NCBI GenBank assembly: GCA_013239625.1
Contig: MU057356.1
Span: 25,090,971 to 25,154,970 of the forward strand
Source: Lama guanicoe
Lineage: Eukaryota
Direction: 5' to 3'
DNA: 64,000 bases
Position 1 is the stretch's first letter. Every line of letters starts with the position of its first letter. Of the stretch, positions 13,721-26,455 are shown in pieces. The translations under genes and the position numbers were made by a program. A model generated the notes under the pieces. The model had not been told where the DNA came from. It made no database searches and saw only the letters and a program-made list of their open reading frames with translations.

Positions 13721-15100
13721 CATGAGACGGCAGTAGAGAGCTCTCTTTAAAGGCACTGCACGTTGAGGCCCCCAGCAAAATGCCAAAACATCAGGATGAT
13801 GTGATCTAATGATTTAAAAATGAAATCAATCAACTGTATGTTAAGTGGCATAATGCCAAATAACCACCTGACTAAATGTTTAAATGTTTAAAGCTTGGCT
13901 GTCGCCTAAGTCTTTATACACTGCCATGGTAGCTACAAATGAATTGCAGTTTCCTTGTATTAAATGGGGCTCCTCTTATCTTTGGGGGATTCTTTCTTCC
14001 CAATAGTTCAAGACAGATGGTATCTCCAAAAAGTGAAAAAGCACTGCCTTTTTCATGACTGATAGTAAGATTAAGTTAATTACCAACATCTTACTGGTTG
14101 AAACTAGGAAAGCACAATGACGTGTTTTAGGATTTCTTGAAGGAGGAAACTGCCGACTTGCAGTATCATATTTTACATCAGTGACCACCTCTAGGTGACT
14201 CTGTTATTCTAAATACATATGCACAATAAAAAGCATGGCTGTAGAAGAGATATGTCACGTAGAGCAGGCTGGTTGTCAGAGAGCTGAGAGAAACTCTCAG
14301 AAGCTTGCTGAGGGTGGGAGGATCACAGAGGTTTCAGAATGGACCCTAACCAGGAAAGAAACAGCATCTTGGGAAAGTGAGAAAGATTATGGTGATCACA
14401 AGCAAAAAGAAGCAAGCCATCCACCACTTAGGGCCCCCATGGTGTAGTGCTGTGACCTACCCACCATCAGCAGAGTTTATCCACCCCAGAGATTTGGGGA
14501 AACAAGCCCAAGTATCAGGGAAGTATGCCTTTGGCTGGGGGGGAAATTGAATAGAGAGGGCCCTCTCTTATTCAGCCATTGCTCACTAGATGTATGTAGT
14601 AGAAGTTCTAGAATTTGGCAGAGCATAGGAAGGAAGCTTTGCCAAATTAATTAATACTGCTTTATGTCCATTAAACTTAAGTCTGTGTTAAAAGTGCTTT
14701 TCAGATATTCCCACTGGGGGAGGGGGGCAGAGATGAGAGGAAAGTGCTGAGATGTGGATATTCATGCAGTTAATTATCTGGGGGAATCTGCAGAGGAATC
14801 CACTGACCCTGATATGACACTCATCCTTCTCGATGTGGCCGGTGTTCCGTCTTTAGATAATTCAGCCATCTATCAAGTCAGCCAACGTTTACTGAGAACC
14901 TACTTTGGCCTGAGACTTCCAAGATGCTCAGTGTAAAATGCTGAAACATTATCAAGTATGAATTCAATATGAATTTTTTTACTTTAACTATTTCAATCAA
15001 ATGAAATTTGACTGCAGCTTCCCCCAAGCTTCCTGGAGGTAGGGAGTCTGAGTTTTATGTGTAGTAAAATATGCCATGAAATTAGAAGACAAAAGAAACA

Positions 15101-16026
15101 CAGCTGACTCGAACAACAATGAGGCTTAGGAATGCCAATACCCAGTGTAGCTGAAAATCTGCCTCTAATTTTTGACTCCCCAAAACTTAACTACTAATAG
15201 CCTGCTCTTGACCAGAAGCCTTACTGATAACATAAGTAGTCAATTAACACGTATGTTTTATGTTATATGCATTATATACTGTATTCTTACAGTGAAGTAA
15301 GCTAGAGAAAAAAATGTTATTAAGAAAATCATAAGAGAAAATATATATATAGTACTGTACTTTGTTTATCGATAATGTAAGTTTATGTTATCTGTTTATA
15401 AAATGAATTGTCTATCTGTCAGTACCTACATCAACATTGTCTTATATGACACAAAACACTATAGGTGTTAAAAGAATTACTTACACTAGATGTGAAAAAT
15501 GAAAAGATAACGTTAAACAGGAATTCCTGTCTATTTACAGGTAAAATGATCCATGCACTGACAACAAAGAAACAGCAACTTGACTGTTTATAGTAGCCTA
15601 TTGTAAGTGACGTGATTGCTTCATGGTAGCTTATCCTATACACTAAGGAGTGAATCATTATAAAATTTTTATGGCATACAGCATTACAGTCATATTCATA
15701 ATACAGTACTGAAAACAATATTACTTTTTTTTTTTTTTACAAAATCACTTACCTGAGACAGGCTAATTCGCAGTTTCTCCAATTACAAAAGAGAGAAGCA
15801 CACTCTAACCTAGTATAATTCTTTGAAAGCAAAGTTATAAAACAGTAAGAAAACTAACACATCATTAACTTTATATTAAATATCACTCACCATATGCTCG
15901 TGTAAGGTTAGGCTCTCCACTTCAATACAAGTCTCACACGCGAGGTTCTTCTACATGTGTATTTTTGTATTTATTGAAAAATCCATGTAAGTGCAGTTCA
16001 AATCCATGTTGTTCAAGGGTCAACTG
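15101..16026. mobile_element. Tigger2-family (TcMar-Tigger) non-autonomous DNA transposon
   Basis: Terminal inverted repeats 'cagctgactcgaacaac' and 'gttgttcaagggtcaactg' followed by TA; internal 'ccccaaaacttaactactaatagcct...tgaccagaagccttactgataac'. Confidence 0.88.
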
Positions 16027-16199
16027 TACTATGGAAATATATATGCAGGGTATGAAAGATAAATATTACTGTTAATTTGAGTGAGCACTCATAAATCAGT
16101 AAGAAAAATAAACCCCAGTACAGTCTGGGTTGAATACTTTTCACCTTTGGACTTCTTAAGTTATTTACACATAAAAATTTGACAGAAGCAGCTTAACTC

Positions 16200-16640
16200 T
16201 CTCTACTGAAAATAAGCAATGAGATTTCCTATCTTCCTTTTTCTTAAACCATTCACTTGTAATTTTAAGTGCTTTCTCCTCCCTTTGCAATGTATCTAAC
16301 ACCTTTTGAAAGCTTTGTCATCTTGAGAACCCAAAAACACCTTTGTTAAGAACCTGGGAAGCATTTCTATGAAGTAACTTTGAGAGAAAGCAGCCTTGTT
16401 TCCAGTTTCTGTAGGAAGGCAGGGGCATAACTTTGGTAGGCACTTTGTTCCAAGTTGTCCTGAAGGTGTGAAAAGTTAGCTTTCCTTCTGGGTAAAGCTA
16501 ATGGGCTGACATAGATGGTCACCCCAATTACCAGGCAAAGTTAGGTTGAACTGTGAGTCACAAATGGTGCTGCCAAGTCCTCATATTTGAGGACTAGTTA
16601 CTGTTTTTCTTGACTATGTATGTAATAGGTGTAACTGGTA
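16200..16640 (+). mobile_element. ERV1-class solo LTR fragment (MER31/MER34-like)
   Basis: 'ccagtttctgtaggaaggcaggggcataactttggt', 'agatggtcaccccaattaccagg', 'aagtcctc...tgaggactagtta'; subfamily uncertain. Confidence 0.6.
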
Positions 16641-16729
16641 ACGGGACACAGCAAAGCAGGCAGTCTAATTACCACTGTACATCTGAACTGGGTAAGCATA
16701 CCATCCTCTCTTTAACATAACAGTAATAA

Positions 16730-16960
16730 CAATAACCCCTCACACTGATAAACCCACTAACATTTTGCAGTTGATTTTACAGCCCTCATTTCATTTGATC
16801 CTAGGAACACTTTGTATGCAGTAAGGAGGATGCATGTGATTATTCCACACCAGGGATATGGAAACCAAGGCTCTTAGGCGTTATGACTTGCACAGTGTTG
16901 GGCGTGGAAGCGGAAAAGTGCTGACACTAAGACTCTGACCTTTTGCTCTTATTCTGAAAC
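16730..16960 (-). mobile_element. MIR SINE
   Basis: 'tttcatttgatcct...ggaaaccaaggctctt...ttatgacttgc'. Confidence 0.7.
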
Positions 16961-17427
16961 CCCTGCATTTGCTCAGGTGATCTTACTATTAACAATGGAG
17001 CAAGTGGTAGCCACCAAGCCTTTCCCCAAATGATCCTATTGTTGCCCACAGTTTTAAGCAAGGGATCAACTCAACCCTATCCCTCACTTTCAGAGGCTCC
17101 TAGGCTGTGTCCTGAACTTGCTAGTCTTTACTTGCGTCTGACTGACATGAAGACGCCGTGAACTTGCCACATGGGACTCCTGATGCCTCCTCGCAGTCAG
17201 CTGCCCCCGCCCTCCCATTTGAACTCAGAGGTGTCAAAGCACCACAAGCAGACAAGCACGCCCTCCTCTGTGCTTCCAGACTAGAAAAGAGGGGAGAAAT
17301 TATGTAACAGGAGGTCTTAAAAGATACAGAAAGGTGGGCTCTAAAGAGTGTGGAAAAAAGGAGAGTTGATTTCAGTACTTCTACAAGGAGATGTGAGGGT
17401 AGTTGGAAAAACAGGATTAGGTATTGG

Positions 17428-17590
17428 TACTCATTCAATAAACATCCACTGAGCACTTTTTGGGTGCTAGGTATTGGCTGTGCAATAATGAATAGGATCT
17501 AGACCATACCTCTGGGACTTCACAGTACAGTGAGATACACAAAAAAGCAAATGAATAATTAATATAACTCCGCTCTGTAAGTGCTTCAAT
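17428..17590 (-). mobile_element. L2 3' end
   Basis: 'tcattcaataaacatccactgagcact...gtgctaggtattgg'. Confidence 0.7.
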
Positions 17591-17789
17591 CGCAGCATCA
17601 GCTATTAATAATCGCCAAATAGAGTATTCAAACAGAAATGAATAGAAAGTTTCACAAAATTCTAGAGTTGAAGAATAACAAATATATCCAATATAACCAC
17701 TTCTTAAAGTGCAAAAAGTAAATAAATAAAGCGACTTTTTATTCTGAATTTAATAGAGGGGCCTGAAACATATTGGCAGTTAAATCCTT

Positions 17790-18780
17790 TAAAGAGACCA
17801 AGTTACTACTGTAAGTCAGACCCTGGGCTGTGGTATGGATGCAAAACTGAATAAAAAGAAAGGAAGCAGACAGGTAAACACATTGTTATAGAGGGTGTTA
17901 TAAGTGCTGGGACACAGCAACCCAGACAGATAATGCTGTAAGAACAGAGAGGGGAATTTGAATAAAACAGGGAAGTCAGGAGGGATTCCCAGTATATATG
18001 ACCCTTAAACTGAGTTTAAAGGGTAAAAAGGAGTTTAGTAGTTGTCATGGACTNNNNNNNNNNNNNNNNNNNNNNNNNNNNNNNNNNNNNNNNNNNNNNN
18101 NNNNNNNNNNNNNNNNNNNNNNNNNNNNNNNNNNNNNNNNNNNNNNNNNNNNNNNNNNNNNNNNNNNNNNNNNNNNNNNNNGATGAGTGTCCTTATAAGA
18201 GGAAGAGAGGCCAGAGTTTGTTTCTCTCCTCCTCTCTCCCACCGCCTTCCTCCCTCCACGTGCACACAAAGAAGAGGTCACGTCAGCACACAGTGTGATG
18301 GCATCTGTCTGCAGCCAGGAAGGATGCTCTCACCAAGAACTGACTCTGTCGGCACCTTGATCTTGGACTGTACAGCTTTCAGAACTGTGAGAAGTAACTG
18401 TTGTTAAAGCCACTCAGTCTATGGTATTTTGTTATGACAGCCCGTGTTGACTAAGATACCAGGTTAAAATGAAGAAAAGGAACCATTTAGAAAGGAAAAA
18501 ATAGACAGTGAAGAAATCACAGATGCTTAAGATAGCATGCCAGGTTTGAGAACTGAAAGAAGGTTGTTGTGATTAAAGGGTGGGCATGCATGTGGCTTAG
18601 TGCAAGATGATGATGCTTCAGAAACAGGAAGCTCAGGGAAGCCTCAATGCTGAAGTGGGCACTTGAACTTCATGCTGAAAGCTACTGAAGGGTTTTAAGC
18701 AAAACAATCTATTCAGAATTGCAACTTAGCCGATTTTAGAGGAGGGCTACAGGAAGGGGATAAGGAAGAAATTAAGTGGT
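17790..18780 (-). mobile_element. L2 fragment interrupted by an MLT1A LTR
   Basis: L2-like 'gggaagtcaggaggg...aactgagtttaaagggtaaaaaggagtt' resumes after the LTR ('gagaactgaaagaagg', 'ctactgaagggttttaagc'). Confidence 0.65.
18043..18458 (+). mobile_element. MLT1A-type MaLR solo LTR (contains an N run)
   Basis: Start 'tgtcatggact'; 'gtccttataagagg', 'ggcaccttgatcttggact', 'cagaactgtgaga'; end 'gactaagata'. Confidence 0.88.
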
Positions 18781-19099
18781 CACATGTTCTTTGTCTTGGG
18801 GATGACTCTTCCCCTATTTTATAATCCTGGTCAGGCCGCATGGTTCCAGTGGGCTGATGGGGCCTCCCTTAGCCCTAGTAGGACAAGTGGCTTCACTATG
18901 GGCAAGTCATAATACTCTTCCACCAACATTTATGACAGGGCTCAACATACAAGATCTGCTTTAAAGTATTATTTATATGATTAGAAATAGCATTGTGGAA
19001 GTGATCCAAGGAGTTCCTGGAATTCTTGAGGTTTGGGGCTTATAGTTTATAGGACTGTAATAAGCAACACTGTAACAGGAAACGGTAAGGAGGTAGCTG

Positions 19100-19470
19100 T
19101 CGTCATTCAGTCTCCAAATTAACGTTTATTAAGTGCACTCTGTATGCCAAGTGCAAAAGGAGGTGCTGGAATAGGGTTGACAGAAACATAAATATGAATA
19201 ACATACTTAGGGACAGTTCTTGTCCTTATATATCATATATTTAACAAGGGGAAACTTTAAAGATCAAACATTTTAAATGCATAACATGGTAAAAATAAAG
19301 GAATATAGTCATCCAGAAAAAAAATAGTTAGATTGTAATTGTTGCTTCAGGGATCAGGAAAAGCTGTGAAGAAGGGATAGTTTCTGAGTTGAGCCTGGGA
19401 TGGATGAAATCTGGACAGATGGAGATGGGGACAAAATTAGTATTCAGTCAAGCCAAGGAGGATGAGATTA
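19100..19470 (-). mobile_element. L2 3' fragment
   Basis: 'aacgtttattaagtgcactctgtatgccaag', 'gggatcaggaaaagct...tctgagttgagcctgggatggatga'. Confidence 0.65.
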
Positions 19471-20769
19471 AGGGTCATTAACTTGAATCCCAAGATGGCA
19501 GAAGAGAAAAAACTGCACAAAACATTAAAATTACTTAGGGAAAGGAAACAAGTAGAGGCAGTGGGAGACAATAGTGTAATCACTTCAAGCATTCAAATTG
19601 TAAGAATCAAAATCAGCCAATGGTACAGAAGGAGCTCTAGAGACAAGGGGACTTGTACACGTAAGGAAGGAGGCAGAGTTTCTACCAAAAGAGGAAGAGG
19701 AGGAGGGAGTTACCAGATGAAGGACTGCCCCTCTACACTATGATGAGGGTCCCACAGGCCATGGCAAAAGAGGGGGTGCAGGAGAGAGTATGTGGAGGAG
19801 CCTCTGTGCTGGTCACATCAGAATCCATATAAGCCTCAGACTGGAGATGGAATGAGCAGATTGTTGGCAGAATGTGAACAAGGTCACCAGAGAGCTGGAG
19901 AGTGGAGCAAACACACTTCAACCAACAGGGCAAGTTTGACTTACAGAAAGACAGTCATTCATCTTCTCGTTAATGCTGGCTCCCTGCATCACTCTGATTG
20001 CTCAGGCCACAATTCCTCTTCTCACTGAAAAGCAATCATACACACAGTGAGGTAGGAGTTAGACTTTTCAAGCTACTTTTCTTTTACCTTGATGTTAGCT
20101 TTAATGCATTAGAATCAAGTGGAAGTTAAGCTTACTGCCAGGTTGTAATTCTTGAGAAGGTCCTTGGCAAAGTGAGTTTCTGCTGGCAGCAGCTGTCTTC
20201 CCTTGGCTTCCCCCCACTTCCTAACGCACCCTTGAGCTGCCCCACCCTCACCAACCTCATCATTCCCAGACTGAACCATTTCCATCTCCTATGAAGCACA
20301 ATGTCTGGTATTCCATTCTAAAACTCCAAGCTTAAACTCCCACCTGGCTGGTATTTTGCAACACTGATAAACACCTGCAGAATGTAAGAAATGAGACACC
20401 AAGGGAAGGAAAGTAACATTATAGTGTTCTCGCTAAGCACAATGATACACTGCTATTTCTATTTTACCTGAGTATTACCAAATGCTGTAGCAGGAATCAT
20501 GGAATAAAACTAGTGTAGGAAACATTGAGTGAGGAGAGAAATGGGGGGTATAAGGCCAAATCCAACCCTGTTTAGGAGAATGAAGTGAAAAGGAGAAGAC
20601 AGGGATGAGTCTTAAAACCCACACTCTAGGCAAGTGGTGTGTGGTACCCAAGGTATGACCTGAAATGAGCCTTATGAAGGTGTGTGGGCAGAATGATCAG
20701 GTCACTCCAAGTCATAGAGCCTCTAAGGGAGTCCCTAATGGTTCTTCTCAAAGGGCATGAGAACAGGCA

Positions 20770-20783
20770 GTTGCCTTGGTAAC
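20770..20783. promoter_or_regulatory. RFX X-box motif
   Basis: GTTGCCTTGGTAAC fits GTNRCC-N2-RGYAAC; GC box GGGCGGAGC at 20841-20849. Motif only, function not shown. Confidence 0.4.
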
Positions 20784-21479
20784 CAAAGGGGTAGCCAAAG
20801 TGGCACCAAGTGCATTTGCGTAAATGTATCAATGACCAGCGGGCGGAGCGGGCCTGAAGGAAGCAAGGAATGAAAAGCTGCGTGGCAGAGGAGGAGGAAG
20901 GCATTCTGGTGCTGCTGTTTTCTGGGTCATTTATGACTGGACACTAGACATTCTCACTCCTTTAGAAGACATACCCTGGTGACTCCCTGGATGCCGAAAG
21001 CAGTGCAAGGAGGGGCTGTGCTCCCATTACTGCCACGCTGCTGTCGTGCCAAATTCAACATGAGAAGTTCCGTCATCGTCGCTTGATGAAAGGTGGTGTC
21101 ACGACAGTAGAGGGAACCCAGTTTTCTCTAAAAGGCATGCTTATGAATTCAATCATGCTCCATTCACAGTCCCATCAAGGTATTTTAAATCTGCATGTGT
21201 TTTTGCCGTCATAGTTGACTGGTTAGCATTTTTCTTCTCAAGTTATTTCAGAATAGTCTGTGGTGGTTTTTAAAAACCTTGATGAATTTCCTCATAACTG
21301 TGCCAAAAAACGTAATTTGGGAATTATTACTAATAATCTCTACTGATTACAGGATACTGGTGAAAAGGGCAGGAGGAAAAGCTTTTATCTATTTTCCTCA
21401 CGTACAGGACAGAAACAAAAAGGAGCAGTCTGAGCCAAGCAATTGCTCAGGGAGTCAATCCAATTTCTTTTATAATTTT

Positions 21480-22540
21480 TAATTACACAAGTAATAAAAG
21501 AAATATTCTCCTCATAAAAATTTCAATAATACAAAGCAAAAGTCTCCAGTTACCACAGTATCCAATCCCACTTCCCACCTTGGAAGTATCCACTATCATT
21601 GGTAGGGTGTTCACATTCCAATACTTTTTCTACGTGCCTACACACATATGTATATGCACACACATATATAAATGTTATTTAATAAATAAACATCATATTA
21701 TATGCTTTCTTCATTTAACATACGTTTTTGAGACATGATTAAGTCAAAACCTACTAATCTACTTCCTTCTTTTTAACTGCTACATATCATTTGCACTAGG
21801 GTAACACTAGCTACTTTAGCAAATAAATCCCAAAGCATCAGTGGCTTAATGCAGTAGACGTTTATGTCTTACTCACCGACGAGGGTCCAATGAGAGTGAT
21901 GCAGGTTGACAGGCAGCTTTCCTCTAATCAGGAACCTAAGCTCATTCCACCTGGTTGCTGGCCATATTCTAGTGTCTTCTGATTATATTCATCCAGCAAG
22001 TGGAAGAGCATGGAGAGAGCACACGCACTTGTTAAAAACCATAATCTGTAAGTGGCCCACATTCCTTCACTAATATTACACCACTAACTTCAAGGGAGAT
22101 TGGGAAATTGCTAATTTAACTCTTCTGCAATTGATGGGCTATCTCTAGTTTGTGTTCTCATAAGCAATGCTGCAATGAACGTCTTTGGCCTGTCTTTCAA
22201 GTACATGGACAAGTATTTTTCTAGGGTAGAAAGTGAGATACAGAAATGATGAGTCAAGGAATGTGCACATTTCTTATCTTAATGGAAGCTGACAGACTGT
22301 TCTCCAGAAAAGACTATCCCAACGCATACTCCACCAACAATGTGTCATCTCCTTACGTGCCACTAATACTAGCTGTTATCAGTCATATACACTCCAACAA
22401 TATGACAAATACACATGATATCTAATTGCTCTAATCACATTTCCAAGATTTCTTAATTCTGTTGAGCATCTTTTAATATGTGTTGGCTATTCACATCTGT
22501 GAATTGATTAGTCATAACTTTTAGCAATATTCTCTTTGGT
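21480..22540 (-). mobile_element. Old L1 (L1ME-like) interrupted by an LTR
   Basis: 'ctacttccttctttttaactgctacat' resumes as 'ttgatgggctatctctagtttg...aatgctgcaatgaac...ttttctaggg'. Confidence 0.6.
21790..22110 (-). mobile_element. Old MaLR LTR (MLT1J/K/L-like)
   Basis: 'aaagcatcagtggcttaa...tttatgtcttactcac', 'tcaggaacctaagctcattcca', 'ctaacttcaagggagattgggaaa'. Confidence 0.7.
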
Positions 22541-25500
22541 TGTAGGTAAAACAAAATGTTCAAGGAACTAGCAGCACAGTTTCGACTGGGGCCGTAAGAC
22601 ATGGGATCAACCTCATTTACGTTACAAAGTGACTTATGAGAAAGCAAAAGCAGGACTTTTAAAATAGATGGCAGGGAAACAGTTCAGGGATTTAGCTGAA
22701 CACCCCCACCTCCAATCCACAAAAGAATTTGGAGAGGCTGAGAAAGAGTAGAAATAATAGAAGGAAGAGGAGAAAATTTTGAGGAGTGGTAAGAAAGGTG
22801 TAGCAACTGGAGATGCGTGTCTCTTGCTCAATAACAGTGAAATGGGCTTTAAAGATGTCCTTCCCTAACCTAAGACAAAACTTAATCCTTGCCTCCTGGT
22901 GCTTGGGGGCAAAGTACCCTGAAGTCTCAATCATTCCTGAGACGTCTAAAGGGAAGTTACTGTGGTTATCCAGCCATTCTGCAGGCAGGAGAGAAGGAGG
23001 TCCCTCCTCAGTTTTCTGGAACAAAGAATATATGTGATTTCCCTGAATGAAGTGGTCCATGCAAAGGGGAAAGCTGACTTGAAGCTATCTTAAATCCTGT
23101 TCCAAAGGCCACTTGGAGGGGTCAAGTGATCCTAGCAGAGAGAAGCTGGAAGTGCACAACTATGTGGCACGAGGCTGAGGAAAGACTAAGTAACCTGCCT
23201 GAAGAATTCATTTACCATCCTCAAGGTGAACTGCAGGAGAGCACATCTCAGTGATGGGGCGGAGACGTCTCCAAAAACTCCATGAGTTTGCCCTACACTG
23301 TGCTGATGCCAACACACGACAATATCAGTCAGCAAGAACGTATATACGCATCCCTTTTCCTCCCATTTTTTCCCTAATTTCAACCCTGGAGGAGCCACAA
23401 GTATCCTAGTAAGGGGAAGAAGAGGAAAGCACAGGTTGGCAGCATTGCAGTCATGGAAAAGCTTACCTGCACACTAACTCCTGCGTAGGCTCACTCAGAA
23501 ATTTCTACATCATCCAGGTTTATAACCTCAAGGACAGTGGTGAGGGGAGACCAGGAGAACAGAGAAAGAGGCTCTTCAGAATTTTCCAAATCAAGTTTAA
23601 GCACTAAATTTGTACCGAACTTTGCAGTGTTCGTGAAGGTAAGAGTGATACGAAAGAGAGGAGACACACACGTCAGTTTGTGACAGTGATGAGGGATATG
23701 AAACCGACAAAGAGCAGCCGGCTCCTTTCAAAGAAGGAGAGGACCAATTGCTGTGTGGGCTGCTCAAGGAGACTTCTCTGCTCAATCTACCCCCAAGATC
23801 TTTGGAAAAAGGAGAAAAAGAATTGACCACAAACAACCTAAGAGATATGAATTTCCAAGAAAGTACAATATTGATAATTATCTGAATTCAATGGACACAA
23901 AGTCCATTGATTAGATATCCTTTCAGCTTGATTTAGTATGCTTATAAAGGAGCTAATACATTTAAACTGCTTAGAAATGTGTCTAGGAGATAGGGAATGC
24001 TCAATAAATGATATTATCATTGTGATTAGTAAAAATGATCAGATTCTATATGAAGAAAAACTACCTGGTAAATGATTTTGTTCAATGCTTATATAGTCAC
24101 TGAAGGGAAGTACATTGTATTTCATGAAAAATTGTCATCGTTGTAGTCTCCGGGAAAAACATGTGTGTGAGTGTGTGTATAACATTTCAAATGATTACTG
24201 AGATAAACCAGATGAACCCATATCATCAAAACAGAACCTATAATTCTGCAAGGTACAGACTGTCGCATTACTATGAGAGCCAGGTGTTGATGTTAGCATT
24301 ATACCTCAAAGCCACCTATTCTTCCCCAGTAATTGTGTTTAAAATAGCCATCAAAGAGTGGATACAGAGTAAAGCAGGCTGGAAAGAGCTTCACCATGGG
24401 TAATGAGGAGCCAGGGCATAATAACCTCAGGCAAACAGGACTGATCCAAAACAAGAAGACTGTAGTGGTGCCAGAATCCACTTGGGTACAGGTGACTGAC
24501 AGCCTCCAGCTTATCAAGAGTTTTCGGCAACTGATGGCAGTAAAACCCAACTCTATTTTGAGGCAGGCACCCTTCCCCGGGGAGAAGGGTCCGGACAGAG
24601 AGGCCTCCAATGTGTGCCTGCTCCTGTGGGGCAACTTAGAACAGATGGGCAGGGCCGGGAACAAAAAGCCTGACAGACGTGCCGTCAGGGACTCGTGTGG
24701 ATTTGCTCTTCCAGTCTGTTTGCCAAAACTCGTCAGAAAAATCCCCTGGAATCCTCAAAGCCTTCCTGGTAACTGAGATCAGTTTACCTAAATGAAGGAA
24801 AAAATGGCACTGATTTATTTAGCACCGTGCACTTTAGGAAAACCAGTAATAATCAGCATCGTCACCTCTTTGGGGGCAGTTCAGTTCTAAGACGCCAGTA
24901 ACTCAAGTTCTTAGGAACAGGACTTCCTAGAAACCTGACAGACAGAAACTAAATGTCTCCCACTTATGTCTAGAAGGTAAGTATTGTGGGATACAGAGGA
25001 GGGGTTAAGGCACCAGCCGCTACTAGATTTAATGCCAGCAGACCTCACTGGTAGGCACATGGTACATAATTCCTCAATACTAATGTCTCATATGTACTAT
25101 TTGACCTGTAAAACCTATATGTTCTTAATATTTTATGTTCATCAGCATAAACTTGCTTTCAGACAATTAATAGGTGGTGGTTAATTTCTCATAGTCTGCA
25201 GATAGAGAAATTGAGTATTCCCACTGGGTGAGCACACAGGTCACTACAAGAGATCCTGAGTCTTCAAATATACAATCTCGATGGGCACAGAAAAAGATTC
25301 TCTTGCCTTCTTTATGGACTAGACTAGAATGCTGCTCAGGTAGAGGCCCAGCAAAAACAAGACTGAAGGGCAGAAGGTGCAGACAATGAAGGAAAAGGGC
25401 CTGGAGGACTTTGTGCATGGACTACAGGTGATCAGACGGGGTGGGGCACAACCTCCGTGTCCTTCCTGCAAGCTCACTGTGCTGCATGGAGTTACCGGGG

Positions 25501-25864
25501 ACAGGCAAGAGGTGTAGCATGGCAGTGCTATGCTCTCACAACATTCACCTCACAACATCCAGCAGGAGGTTTGTGAGTGTTTAACAAATATTTTTCGAAA
25601 AAGGAAGGAAGAAAGAAAGGGAAAGACGCAAGAAAAGAAGGAGGGAGGAAAGGAATTGGGGAGAAAGGAAGAAGGAAAGATAGTATTGCCTGAGAAATCG
25701 CCTAGCACCACTCTCTCACTTTGCAAATGATGATACTGAGACCCAAAGAAGAGAGCAGAGGGGTGTCCCGGGTCACTGTTGTGCAACTCTGAGCTCGCTC
25801 TCCGCTGGCTTCCGTGCTCCCTCTCTCCCCCCACCCTGCCACCACCCCCATGTTCTGACCCAGC

Positions 25865-26032
25865 AATGAGGAGGCAGCTGCCTGCAAGCCATGGAGGAAG
25901 CTCTCACTGGAACCCAGCCATGGTGACACCCTAGTTTGTACTTCTAGCTTCTAGAACTGTGAGAAAATTGATTTCTGTTGTTTAAGCCCCCATGTATGAT
26001 ATTTTTACGGCATCCAAGCTGACTAAAACACA
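25865..26032 (+). mobile_element. MLT1A-type LTR, 3' half
   Basis: 'ctgcaagccatggaggaagctctcactggaaccc...ctagaactgtgagaaaattgatttctgttgtttaagcc...gctgactaaaaca'. Confidence 0.8.
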
Positions 26033-26149
26033 TACTTATGTGGAATTCAACCCTACCCAAACCACAATAGTATTTTTTTCTTCACTTCCCATCTGGAATA
26101 CCCTTTTTTCTATTCATCCCGCTCCCTACCATGTGCCCCTAAACACACT

Positions 26150-26455
26150 TTGTTACAATTACACATTTCCTCCATGGCCCCGTTCACATTTCATCACCTC
26201 CTAAAACTTCCCAAGTCCTGTCCCAGTCAGAATGAATCCGCTGTATCTTGGCCTACCCAAAGCCCAAGGTATCAGAGAATTATTATGTCTTATTAGATCT
26301 ATAGATCTAGTTCAGAAGCATGTCTTACTATAATCCCTCTCTGGGCTATGAGCTCCCAGAAGGAAAGGGTCTGGGTCTCTTATCTTTTATTCCTTGTCCT
26401 GCCTGGCATCACGTCTGACTCCAAGCAACTTCTCAATAAATATCTGCTGAATTAA
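26150..26455 (+). mobile_element. L2 3' end
   Basis: 'ctatgagctcccagaagg', 'gcctggcatc', 'ctcaataaatatctgctgaat'. Confidence 0.7.
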
